Shown here: positions 23,890 through 35,915 of the stretch, one piece after another
Layout: each line of letters opens with the position of its first letter
Position numbering within the stretch: position 1 is the first letter of the stretch
NCBI RefSeq assembly: GCF_000485595.1
Contig: NW_014577087.1
Location: 715,749 to 755,039, forward strand
DNA from: Priapulus caudatus
Lineage: Eukaryota
DNA length: 39,291 nt
Reading direction: 5' to 3'
Position numbers and translations under genes: made by a program
The notes under the pieces: generated by a model
Told to the model about the DNA's origin: nothing
What the model saw: the letters and a program-made list of their open reading frames with translations, nothing else
Database searches by the model: none

Positions 23890-24074
23890 CTTGAGCCGTT
23901 AGTCCGACGTTAGCCGTTAGCCGGCAATTGATATAAACAAATTCACCAATCGTGCTTTTTGGAGCGTGTAATCTCATATTGACGTGAGGCGGGGGTTCGC
24001 ATCCAGATGCTGCGACTCGCGCGCCAGCGCTAGCTGCCAGATTCCGAGATGCGCGCGCACGTTGGCACACATTT

Positions 24075-24078
24075 CACA

Positions 24079-24171
<93 letters not shown>

Positions 24172-24351
24172 CACGACCGACGACGACCGACGACCGACCG
24201 ACGACCGACGACCACCAACCAACCAACACAACCAACCACCCGACCTACCCGTACCCGTCCNNNNNNNNNNGCCACGGACCGACGACGTCGTCTCGAACGT
24301 ACGTCCGGTACGTAGTACGTCGCGGCGCCTACGGTCGTACGACACTACTTA

Positions 24352-24423
<72 letters not shown>

Positions 24424-24452
24424 GCACGCACCGCGCACGCACCACGCACGCA

Positions 24453-24484
<32 letters not shown>

Positions 24485-24490
24485 CACACA
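24075..24490. repeat. (CA)n/(CACG)n microsatellites around an N gap
   Basis: Seen directly. Confidence 0.9.
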
Positions 24491-24665
24491 CCCGCCCCCT
24501 TCCAACGCCGCCTTCCCTGCGGGATATTCACACCGGAAGCGAAGCTCGGCGAAAACCGTTCGTGGAACGGCATTTATTGAGATTAGGAACGAAATGTATT
24601 ACATTATCTAATTATGATCCAGCCCTATTAATACAGCGCGTGCTATATATAGATGTATATAATAT

Positions 24666-24702
24666 CAAGAGCGTATAAAGAAGGCTTCTTTATACGCTCT
24701 TG
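24666..24702. mobile_element. 37-bp palindrome with 7-bp TSD (P-superfamily-like footprint or micro-MITE, family A)
   Basis: CAAGAGCGTATAAAGAAG-G-CTTCTTTATACGCTCTTG, perfect 18-bp arms; ATAATAT on both sides (24659-24665 and 24703-24709). Confidence 0.85.
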
Positions 24703-25109
24703 ATAATATTATGTGTATTGTCAGGAGTGTGCTACAGTCTACATAATACGTTACCCACGTGTAGGAGATCGCCTCATCCCCCAAATAGCACCAAAATGAA
24801 ATTGTTGCTCGAATCCTTGAATACTCCTTTGAGCTTTTAATCAATAATGTATTGTCATGTGTGTGCGTGCGTTTCTGTGTACGTGTGTGTATGCGTAAAC
24901 GCATTTTCTCGAGTAAAATATGGCTTAATAATGTTAATAATGTGTATAAGCCGGTGCTTGTACTAGCTAGTGCAAGTGTCTCCGGAAAATGATATCACAG
25001 CTAATCTCTGTGCGAGCATTCGAGGTGTGAATCTCATAATATTGGAGACTGTAAACACGGACGTGCCTATGTTAACTACAAGTTACCAGCGAATTAAATA
25101 AGCGTACAG

Positions 25110-25290
25110 ACAGACGTGTTTATGTACCGTGTAACACTGTGTTATATACAGTGTATATGCTGAACACTACACCGTCTAATACAGTCGTTATACAGCCGTT
25201 ACAGACGTGTTTCTGTACCATGTTACCCAGTGTTATATAGCGTATATTTATAATATTACAAACGTTAAATACAGTCGTTATGCAGCCGTT
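25110..25290. repeat. Diverged ~91-bp tandem duplication
   Basis: ACAGACGTGTTT(A/C)TGTACC...AATACAGTCGTTAT(A/G)CAGCCGTT starts at 25110 and 25201. Confidence 0.8.
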
Positions 25291-25880
25291 GACACCGACC
25301 GTGCTGCGGCCACAGCTGTCTACACGGAAACGTTTTTATCTACTGTCAACCACATCGTTTCTTCTCATCCATTTTTGTACTTTCTCTCAACGACGACATC
25401 TCAGCGAATCTCGTAACCGAGACGCGATGAAAGGGGTTTCTCACCCTGCGTCCACCGTTCAACGCAATAAGTAACATCGGCGTTCGAATTTTAAATACCA
25501 GTGAGTGGGTGGCGTGGCACTCGCCTAGGCGAACGCTCTACCTGCTCTGGTTTGCGAGTGACATAGCACAGCTGCGTCAATTACTACATCGCCATACATT
25601 ATAGATGTACGCGCCGTGTGTACATAATAGATACGGTCGGCGCGGTGACGGACGCACGGACGGACCGCCTATGACTCTCCGCTATATGCTAATGAGTTTC
25701 GAATTCACGCGGGCGAACACAATGCACTGCATAATTATTAATTTTACAGCCGAGGCGAACGGTATTGACACAACACCCCCGGCGTGCGGGACCCCCGACC
25801 GGCGTGCCAGTTCATCGCCGTCCGTTCTATGAGGCCGATGATCAGCACGTGAATTGTGCACGTTCAGAGCCAGAATCCTA

Positions 25881-26158
25881 AAACTTTGCACACGGTGTAT
25901 ATATTAGACGAGTACCTGAAGATTTACCCGACGTAGTTGTGCCGATAAAAACAGCGCCACCTGGTGGCGTATTTACCGTACACGCGGCGAACCTTCGGAG
26001 GCCGAATCGCGAAACTTTGCACGCGGTGTACCACCACCCGCGTTTCCGAAGATTTCGCCGACGTAGTACCGATAAAATTGTATGTACGTACGTACATGTA
26101 GTGGCATATTTGCCGTACACACGCGTAAGGCGACGAATGCCACGAGAACACGTACTAG
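25881..26158 (+). repeat. Two diverged ~131-bp tandem units, possibly a Helitron remnant
   Basis: AAACTTTGCAC(A/G)CGGTGTA...GAAGATTT..CCGACGTAGT...CCGATAAAA...GTGGC(G/A)TATTT(A/G)CCGTACAC starts at 25881 and 26012. It ends with an imperfect hairpin and CTAG|T (26155-26158). The duplication is seen; the Helitron origin is inference. Confidence 0.55.
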
Positions 26159-26199
26159 TAATTAATCCGCCGCTCGTTCGCCGCACTTAACCCATTGTG

Positions 26200-26223
26200 A
26201 GCAGCAGTGGTAGCCGCCGCCGG

Positions 26224-26259
<36 letters not shown>

Positions 26260-26684
26260 GGGCAGCAAGGGGAGGGGGGGGACCCGCGCGCGTTACGTCG
26301 CCGTCGCCGCCGCACCGCACACATAATCAACCCGGAGAGCAGCAGCGGCTATCAGCAGCTTCCCCCCGATCTGCCAGCATTCGCGCGCGCGGCCAATAAT
26401 TAAATTTGCCTGCCCCAATTCCCCGCCACGAGCAGCAGCAGCAACAGTGACGGCAGCAGTAGCAGCAGCGACAGCAGCAGCAGCAGCACGACCACCACCA
26501 CCAGCGCCAGCAGCAGCAGCAGTAGCAGCAGCGACAGCGAGCAGCAGCGGCAGCGGCAGCAGCAGCGGCAGCAGCGGCAGCAGCGGCAGCAGCGGCAGCA
26601 GCAGCGGCAGCAGCGGAAGCAGCAGCGGCAGCAGCAGTAGCACTACCACCCAATAACAACACCACCACTTTCAGCAGTAGCAGC

Positions 26685-26736
<52 letters not shown>

Positions 26737-26773
26737 GCAGCAGCATCAGTAGCAGCAGCAGCAACAACAACAC

Positions 26774-26809
<36 letters not shown>

Positions 26810-26810
26810 G
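26200..26810. repeat. Compound (CAG)n/(CAGCGG)n/(CAA)n trinucleotide repeat region
   Basis: Seen directly; the repeat phase shifts and stop codons interrupt the frames. Confidence 0.9.
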
Positions 26811-27078
26811 CTCGGGCAGCACAGCACTGAGTCCCCCCAAGCCGCGATCGATAGCAATAAAGCAAATATTGTAAATTACGGCTTTCGAGTACGATTGATC
26901 GGCGCGGGCAGTGGCAGGCGAGCGCATTGGTAACACGCTTCTCCTAGGAGACGACAGGCAAGCCACATAATTTGTACAGTACCTGCTGAAAATCATTGTT
27001 CGGCGAGCGTTGATGAGGCAGGCGCAGCGAAACGAGCGATGCGGCGAGCGAACACGCACGCCACGGGTGGCGCGACAC

Positions 27079-27119
<41 letters not shown>

Positions 27120-27344
27120 NNNNNNNNNNNNNNNNNNNNNNNNNNNNNNNNNNNNNNNNNNNNNNNNNNNNNNNNNNNNNNNNNNNNNNNNNNNNNNNNN
27201 NNNNNNNNNNNNNNNNNNNNNNNNNNNNNNNNNNNNNNNNNNNNNNNNNNNNNNNNNNNNNNNNNNNNNNNNNNNNNNNNNNNNNNNNNNNNNNNNNNNN
27301 NNNNNGAGAGAGAGAGAGAGGGGGAGAGAGAGAGAGAGAAAGCA

Positions 27345-27376
<32 letters not shown>

Positions 27377-28184
27377 TGAAAGTGAGAGAGAGAGAGCAAG
27401 AGAGGAAACGAAACGGCTATAAATAGCATGTAATGTAGACTATATCTACAATACAAAGAATATATCGACTAGTATATAGTCCCATATGTATACTAGTCCT
27501 ACACCTACACACCCGCGAATCGCACGCACGCGTCCAATCAGCGACAAGAACACAGACGCCATACGTGCTCTTCACATTATATCTTGGCTTCACGCAGTTC
27601 TGACCAACCCCCCCCCCACCCGTATGCCGTGTGCACTGTTTACGGTGACGAAAGGCTCTTCTCTGTCTAGCTTTCCGCATGAATCAGGTCGGTACTGCGC
27701 AAACGGCGGCGTTCGAATTGTCATCGTTTCTCTCAGCCTCTCCCTGCTCGATCTTGCCGATAAATGGAGAGTGGAGGTGGAAGGACTTTGGGGTCACGGA
27801 GAAAATGCACGTAAGACGAAACCATTGCGAGGATATTATCGTAGAAAGTGTAGAGTGAAGAGAAATTTACATAATTCCCTTATCACAACTTGCACACAGG
27901 TCGTATTAATCTAGCCCACTGCAGAGCTATGTACATACAAGACAATATAAGTACATAGGTACAAATGTATATAAGTACAAAGACAGATATCATGTCTACA
28001 CATTTTCAGGCACGTATACATGTACCCATACATAATTACAGATGCATTTATGCATGGATACCTGTAAAAATAAAAGTAAATAAATATAAACGTTTGTAGC
28101 TATAAATGAGAACTAGAACTTTGATTTACATGTACAGATCAATACCTACAAGCAAATGCACGCGCGCACGCACACACACGCGCA

Positions 28185-28800
28185 CACACGCCCACGCACA
28201 CTACTCACACACAGACGCAGGCGCACGCGCGCACGCAGGCACACGCATACACGCCCACGTACACTACTCACACGTAAACGCAGGCGCACGCGCGCACGCA
28301 GACGCACACATACCCGCCCACGCACACTACTCACACGCAAACGCAGGCGTACGCACGCACGCAGACACACGCATACACGCCCACGCACACTACTCACACA
28401 CAGACGCAGGCGTACGCACGCACGCAGACACACGCATACACGCTCACGCACACTACTCACACACAGACGCAGACGTACGCGCGCACGCAGACACACGCAT
28501 ACACGCTCACGCACACTACTCACACACAGACGGCGTACCGCGCGCACAGCAGACCACCGCATTACACGCCCACGCACACTACTCACACACAGAGCACGCA
28601 GACACACGCATACACGCCCACGCACACTACTCACACACAGACGCAGGCGTACGCACGCACGCAGACACACGCATACACGCTCACGCACACTACTCACACA
28701 CAGACGCAGGCGTACGCGCGCACGCAGACACACGCATACACGCCCACGCACACTACTCACACACAGACGCAGGCGTACGCGCGCACGCAGACACACGCAG
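28185..28800. repeat. 60-bp minisatellite, about 10 copies
   Basis: Unit approximately ACACGCCCACGCACACTACTCACACACAGACGCAGGCGTACGCGCGCACGCAGACACACGCAT; it explains the 215-290 aa ORFs on both strands. Confidence 0.95.
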
Positions 28801-28870
28801 TGATTAAGGTGTTGTGTGTGTGACGGACAGTGCTTACTGTGCCGAGGGTTGAGAATACTTGGATGTAAAT

Positions 28871-28909
28871 CAGAAGTAGATAATAAGGAATCCCTATTAT
28901 CTACATCTG
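28871..28909. mobile_element. 39-bp palindrome with 8-bp TSD (P-superfamily-like footprint or micro-MITE, family B)
   Basis: CAGAAGTAGATAATAAGGA-A-TCCCTATTATCTACATCTG, 19-bp arms matching 17/19; ATGTAAAT on both sides (28863-28870 and 28910-28917). Confidence 0.8.
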
Positions 28910-29280
28910 ATGTAAATCGTACGACGGATGTTGAACAAATGGAAAAGATTCGCGCGAGCCGATATTCACATATTAACAGCATACACATGCAGGCACCTAC
29001 ACACGCAGGGATACGCACTCATCACATTCGCACGCACCCACGCCTACACACCACATACATACACACATGGATGGGTGCTCACCTATTCAACATACACGCA
29101 CGCACGTACGCCTACACACACGCATGTGTGCTCACCTATTCAGTATACGCGCACGCACGTAAAACCCACACACACGCACGCACGCACGCACGCAGCGGTG
29201 CGACGTTAGGGGAGCGAGAATTCAGCAGCACCCGCGATCGAAATGATCGCGGATAATGTTTAGTCGCAAACATCCACGAA

Positions 29281-29327
29281 AGAGAGAGGGAGCGAGAGAG
29301 AGAGAGAGAGAGAGCGAGAGCGAGAGA

Positions 29328-29362
<35 letters not shown>
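29281..29362. repeat. (GA)n microsatellite
   Basis: Seen directly. Confidence 0.95.
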
Positions 29363-29367
<5 letters not shown>

Positions 29368-31442
29368 CGCGGCATAAGTCGCTTGCAAAGGCCGCACCGC
29401 CGCGGGGCACACGTGCGAATAAGTTGGTTTGTTTTGTCAAGAGTGGGGGGATTGGAGTAATTCCTAAGCAAAGTAGACACATAGGCCGGCGGGTGTGTAT
29501 TCGGGGTAATAAGAATGTACGCCGCATTGTGTCGTGCTGAACGACAAGAGAGGCGCGGAAAGTACCCGGCGATACCGCGAAACCTTTCCATCCCCACCCC
29601 CACCCCAACCCGTCCCCATGCCCCACGCCCACCAACCCGCCCCCACTCCGGCCCCACCCTCTGCCCACTCAACACTACCGCGTAACGTATTTCTCGACAT
29701 GTCCGATTTCGACACGGCGTTTGTAAATCACGCTGGAAGCACGCGCGCACACGCCGACAAATCAGAGGGGGAAATTGCGCGTCGGACACGCACGCGTCGG
29801 ACCAGCGACCGTATAATTTACCGCCGACCGGCGCGCGTGAATCACGCGAAACGACACAGACTGCTAAATTATTCCCCCCTCGCTCGCCATCATCGTATGC
29901 GTACACGCACGCACGCACTTCTCCTCCGCGGCGCGGTGTGTTCGCGACGGAGAACTCAATCGCGTTGGAGTTACGTCTATCAAGCGCAGTATCGGCGACT
30001 ATATACTTTGGTCACTTTGGGCGCTTTGGTTTACGTGTTTTTCGCTGGCGAACCAGACTCCGCTTCCACGCGTATATGGTGTCTTTGGGGGGGGGAGGGG
30101 TTCCATTGTCCCATTCGGGATGAACGAAAAATGTTCGTAGCAAGCCCAGCTAAGAATAGAGCTGGTAATGCACGTGTACAGTTCCTTGCACAAACATGCT
30201 TGAGACCAAAATCCTGCCAATTCAGGAAATTAACTCTGGGAGGTTTATTATTCGAAAAACACTTCGTAAAGCACAGAGAGTGCTTTTAAAACGGAGTTTT
30301 ATTGCGTTCGCTTTAATTGCTAGACGCCATATACCAATCACTTTCCAAAAGAATTAGGGTCTATATAATACTGGTGTATATCAGCAGATTAGTTTTGAAC
30401 CCACAATGAATTCTCCAGACAATGCATCACTCATCCGTATTATACGATAAGCATATATATGCACCAGCGCTGGTCTGTGCGCATACACACTGCCGCCTCT
30501 TTCTCCCCATTGATGCGGAATATAAAGCCTAAAGAATGCTATTTATGTGCCTACCTGAGTGCGTGCATGTGTGCTTATGAAACTGGGTTATCTATAAAAG
30601 AAGCTGACGTGCAGAAAAACTCCATCACGCCCGTACACCCTCACCGACGACCCCCCACCACTTCTAAACTGTTGAACTACAAATATATCTCTCTCCCTTT
30701 ACACGACACTTGCCGAGGATACGGTAGACGACCTCCCGTTTTGATTCGTTCATCTCGATCAACGTTTGATCGGTTTACCGCTAGTAGCAATAGATTAAAC
30801 GAGCCGTAGATAATATAACCGGTGATTTTTGTTTCACATCGTCGGCTCATCAGCAGCGGTCGGTGCTAATACACGGACTGTCGTGTTTTTTTGTAACGCA
30901 TCGAGGAGCTGGTTCGTTGAGCGCAGTAGCTTGCGGCTGTCTATCGATCAAAGTCAACAAGCTACCAAACAGTCGCGCGTGCGTCGAATTGTTCTGTCTT
31001 GTGCGGCGAAAATACAACCCAACAGCTGTTGATACTACAGGAGATAATTGGGCACAGAACAACACGCGCTCCCCGCGCAAAGGTGGAAAGCAAAAAAAAC
31101 ATTAAGACGTTTTCGCCACCTCCCGATTCCCCCACGCGCGAGAACACGCGAGCCGTGCGCGCGCGTGCATGCGCAGCCGGAAGCAGCGATCATGGGCGCG
31201 GATGCGGCGTTACGCTGTAAAGACGGGGGGCTCTGGCAATAAAATCCCCGTTGATGCTACACGTCGGTTTACGCGGTGCGATGTGCGTATAGGCAGGCAG
31301 GAGGGATCAAGAGTCGTCTATCTGACAGGGAGACTGCGCCGGATCACGAAACGCGCTCGTGCGTTCTAACAGTGTGTCAACGTTTACGGGATTCAAAGCT
31401 AGCGAGCAGCTTGCCAGCTCTCGCTGTTTCTTCGGCCTCTCT

Positions 31443-31444
<2 letters not shown>

Positions 31445-31500
<56 letters not shown>

Positions 31501-31545
31501 GTTTCGCTTCTCCTCTCTCCCTCTCTCGCTTCTATCTCGCTCTCT

Positions 31546-31590
<45 letters not shown>

Positions 31591-31690
31591 CTCTCTCTCT
31601 CTTGCTCGCTCTCACCCTCTGTCCTTCTCTCCTTCCCTTCTGCCTTCTCTCTTCCTTTCTCGCTCTCTTTCTCTGACTCTCTCTCTCTCG
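31445..31690. repeat. (CT)n-rich polypyrimidine tract
   Basis: Seen directly. Confidence 0.95.
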
Positions 31691-31959
31691 CTCGTGCGCG
31701 CGGCATGCGTGTAGGCGACCGATCAATGCCCCCTCAGCGAATAACGCTGTCCACAATGTGCCGCTGCCGAGATTCCGCCCGAAATCCCATCTTTTACCAA
31801 ATGAACGTAAACGGTATCGGCACATTGGCGCGCATCAGGCCTTGCTCGGCGACCGGTGCTACACATGCCGAGCGGCATTACCGCGCTAAGCTATATATGT
31901 GTGCGCGACGGCGGTGGCAAGCGGTGCGCGACTGCATGGCGGTCTTCGCACGAATGTAC

Positions 31960-32240
31960 GCCCACACGCACGCACGTACGTACGCACACATACGCACGCA
32001 CGCACACACATGCACGCACGCGCGCACGAACGCGCGAATGCACGTACGCACGTATGCATGCACGCATGCACGCACGTACGCACGAACGTATAAACGCATG
32101 TATACGAAGAACACACGAATGCACGTAGGCACGTACGAACGTTTATACGAATGCACGTACGCACGAACGAACGGACGAATTCACATACGCACGTACGCAC
32201 ACACATACACACACACGTACGTGCACACGTGCGCACGCTC
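31960..32240. repeat. Degenerate (CACG/TACG)n tetranucleotide repeat
   Basis: Seen directly. Confidence 0.85.
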
Positions 32241-33860
32241 GCACGCCGCTGCTGCAAGCAGCATCTGATACGGACGTACGGATAAATAATAGAAGCCGAG
32301 ACGCTGTAAAGATGCCTCGAGTCAAGTCATAAAATGGTCGGGCGCGGTACGTTAATGTTCATCGCAATTACATGACGGGAGAAACGCGCACCGTGCAGCG
32401 GACATCGTCCGCGTGCACCGACGGCCGCGAACAGCATAATCCCCAGCTTTCTTTAGAGACTCGGGAATCATCGATAGCATGAAGGGAGGGGGGAATGCGG
32501 CACACGATCCTCTGTCATGACATTCTGTCAGTTTTCCTTCCGCGACAATAGCGGAGAGGGGGAACACTCATGGCATTCTTGGGCGCATAAACACTAGAAC
32601 ATACTCGGCTCAGCGTGTGTATACGCGTGCCTATATGGATTCCTTTTACTTGAGCTAGGGAAGCAAGCCAGCTGCCGAATGATCACCGCGCTGACGAAAA
32701 GCTGTGTCCTCGACTAAAAACGCATTCTTTAATGGTTTTCATAGAGCGAAGCAACCGGCAGTCTATGGATTAAGTAAAAGACGGAATCTTGACTGGAAAA
32801 TTTCGAGACAGCGTGTACTGCTGATGTTCCCGGTGCAGCCAAATTTACTTGGTAACCACGCGCACGTACATTTGCAGAGCTGTGCGCACGAACAAGAGAG
32901 ATGGCTTCGCGATAAGTCAGAGTCCCTAGTTTCTAACATGCGCATACTATACTTTATCTATACGCTACGCAGAAACTCGGATACTACATAAAGTTGCCCT
33001 TGTTACCCGCTCCCTAACTGTGCGATTATGCATACGGGCTGCGTCGTTGCGTAGCATCCTTCTCTCATTTCAGCAATAAGGCGACCTCGACACACGGCAG
33101 AATTTTATAATCTTTGTAATAACTAGAGGGTTCCTATTGACGGTCTTCGCTTGCGAAAGATTTCTATTTTGTTATCACGCGTGTACCGTAGCAATATCCT
33201 TATCAGGTGCCTCCATGATGGCGCGGCACTATAGGCGTATGCGCAATGATGTAACGCAAGAGCATCCATGTTGGATATAGTCTGAACTTCTTTGCAATAT
33301 GTGTACTTCGGTAGGGACTCGTGAGGAAAATAGTCTACGACTGTTTGTGCTGAATCAGCGCATCCCGCACTTGCGATAGAAATTACACCTTACAACCGTT
33401 CCTCTCGCGCGAGGAAGACATTTCTATCACTTGTGTGATATCATCCTATGGAAAACAGCGATAGAACCTGATAAATAAAATTCTATCAATGAAAAATGGT
33501 ATACTGACTCCAAAGCTCTACTTATAGAGAGGAGGGGGAAAACACAAGGGACTGTTAAGGCCTGGCAATCGTGACACGGCCAAAACAAGTGTGCCGTGCT
33601 GCAATCCGTGTGGGGACATCTGCGTGTATGTATGTGACACCACCGTCCGTGTACGGTGCCATTATTCATGCGTGTGTAGTGCTGCCATCTGTCGTCTATC
33701 AACAATATGTGTATATGGCGCCACTCACGTGCTATCATAATATATTACTTTCTACAGATTATGTGTGGTGCCCTACCTGTGTGCGTGTGTTATGTGGGCC
33801 CCGCTGTCATCCACACGCATGTCGCTTCAATTCGTATATGTGCTCTTATCTTTACGACGA

Positions 33861-33943
33861 CTAGCTGGAACCCGCGCTAAGCGCGGGCTTAGTGACTGTG
33901 ATGCATGTGTTACCAGTAGTCTTATGTGTAAGGTGTTATATGG
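33861..33943 (-). mobile_element. Second Helitron 3' end, running into an N gap
   Basis: Minus strand: hairpin CCCGCGC-TTA-GCGCGGG, then TTCCAGCTAG|T; homologous to 34113-34175. Confidence 0.6.
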
Positions 33944-34112
33944 NNNNNNNNNNNNNNNNNNNNNNNNNNNNNNNNNNNNNNNNNNNNNNNNNNNNNNNNN
34001 NNNNNNNNNNNNNNNNNNNNNNNNNNNNNNNNNNNNNNNNGCTTCTCTAGTATCCCGTCTCATCTGGATGTCATCAGGAGTTAATCTTTATCTTGTTTGT
34101 TCTTTATCTTTA

Positions 34113-34404
34113 CTAGCTGAAACCCGCGCTACGCGCGGGCTTAGTGACCTGTGATGCATGTGTTACCAGTGCAGTAGTGTTATATATGGAGAGTTTAGTT
34201 GTTGCACATGTTTGTTTTTGTATGGTTGAAATGTCAATACAAATACATGTGCAATCATCCTTACACGTAACACATTAACCATTTGTTTGGCAAGTACACA
34301 GTGAAATACACACACCCACACAGAAATGTTTTATTGTATGCTATGTAGTACTTATGTACTGGTTGATGATACGGGGATTACGGACTCCAAAATTAGAATA
34401 TAGA
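34113..34404 (-). mobile_element. Short non-autonomous Helitron
   Basis: Minus strand begins A|TCTATATTCTAATTTTGG (alternative start 4 nt further out, at 34408). It ends with the GC hairpin CCCGCGC-GTA-GCGCGGG followed by TTTCAGCTAG|T. This is the canonical 5' TC, 3' hairpin plus CTAG, A|T target signature. Confidence 0.7.
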
Positions 34405-35768
34405 TAGATGTGAATGGGTATAACGTAAACGTAATAATATTACCTGGTCCGCACACAGTGGAAACATGCGAAGCACGTAATGCAAACATGCGTAGAAGGT
34501 GTCGTGAACACCGATATGTCACAAGCGGTCCGATCACAAGCACGTAATATTACGTCGTCCGCACAGAGCAGATAGGGGGCGCTGTTTTGTTTACGTTCTG
34601 TTTCAACAGGTTTCGATTTCGATCTATCTGTCTATCTGTGTCTATCTGTGTTCTAACTTCTGTGTCGATTTGTGTGTCTGAGATTTTTGTAAGCCCCATA
34701 ATGTAAGTAGAAATAACCATGTAATAATGAAGTTAAATATTCATTAGCTATTTCGCCATAGTTTCCCATATGCGATGTACAACTTCAAGTTGAGTTTCAT
34801 CAGAGCAGCAGGCAAATCTTTACCTTTTTAGTTTTTTTAAATCTTTTTTAAGACCGAACAAACGGTTTTCAACCGAGTATAGTTTACAACCCGTCCCGTG
34901 TACTCATCGATCTCTTCTGTAAATTTGGCGCTATTTGGATCCAAACTGACGGAGCCTTTCATTAACATACATACATACAACATTCGCCAAATTATAGTAA
35001 GATGCGACCCCCGCCATAAATATACGCTGTGTACTGGCGCCGCAATATACGCATCTGTGTCAATGTGTGACGCTGTATGGCATTTACGCGTGGCGCCATA
35101 ACCCAAGTGCACGCGTGTGTCGTTATACGTACCGACTATATGTGAATGTGTGATGCTGCCCTTTAATGGTACTCGCAGGCGCTGCCATCCGTGTGATAAT
35201 TTGTAAGAATGGGTTCGATCGTATTGGCTCGCTAATCTATATAATTGTCATGCGGGGGGCATCCCTATCTCGGCACCTGGCCCACAATCGCGCCTGCCCG
35301 CCCGACCATTGTGCTGGCACGTGGACCATCAGCAGCTGCCGAACAATAATAGACACGCACGTGTGGAGACGTAGACCGCAGCGAACGAGGAGGAGGCAGA
35401 AACGCCGAGGTGGCAACGGCGCTCGCGGAACAGGTGGTGGCACGCGCGCGTGCGTGCCCCACGACAATGCCGGCTACGGATGCCACTAACGAGACGGACC
35501 GAGGCTGAATGACGGAAACCCAGTTTTGCATATTAGATCTCGCTCTCGTTTCTATGCCGGCCATCCATTATTAATCGCGCGCCCCCTGGCGCTGAAACAC
35601 TGCGGGGACAACCGCGCGACACCCCGGACATGACAACCACCATCGATTGCCGACGGAAGGCGACCGGGTGTCGTGCTGCGGGTCCGTCGGCCTGACCGAC
35701 GTGTGCGGTTACGGCGCTGATGATGGCAGCAGGATCACGCCTGCCCTCACCCTACCACACTCGCGCTA

Positions 35769-35769
<1 letters not shown>

Positions 35770-35808
<39 letters not shown>

Positions 35809-35859
35809 CGCACACGCACACGCACACGCACACAGACACAGACACATACACAGACGCAT

Positions 35860-35906
<47 letters not shown>

Positions 35907-35915
35907 CACACACAC
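35770..35915. repeat. (CA)n/(CACG)n microsatellite
   Basis: Seen directly. Confidence 0.95.

Noticed and set aside
26197..26857. PolyQ/polyS/polyA ORFs suggesting a transcription-factor exon
   Set aside because: The repeat phase shifts between frames, stops intervene, and no splice sites or unique coding sequence flank it.
27467..27498. Palindrome GACTAGTATA...TATACTAGTC as a fourth footprint
   Set aside because: No CA...TG ends and no flanking direct repeat.
27737..27810. Plus-strand exon-like segment (tttctctcag| ... |gtaaga)
   Set aside because: Good splice signals, but 74 nt, isolated, and no recognisable product or partner exons.
28106..29018. ORFs of 215-290 aa on both strands
   Set aside because: Products of the 60-bp minisatellite.
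29136..30289. ORFs of 251 and 260 aa
   Set aside because: They cross microsatellites and G/C runs, with no domain or consistent codon pattern.
31276..32268. Longest ORF (330 aa)
   Set aside because: Mostly translated (CT)n and (CACG)n repeats.
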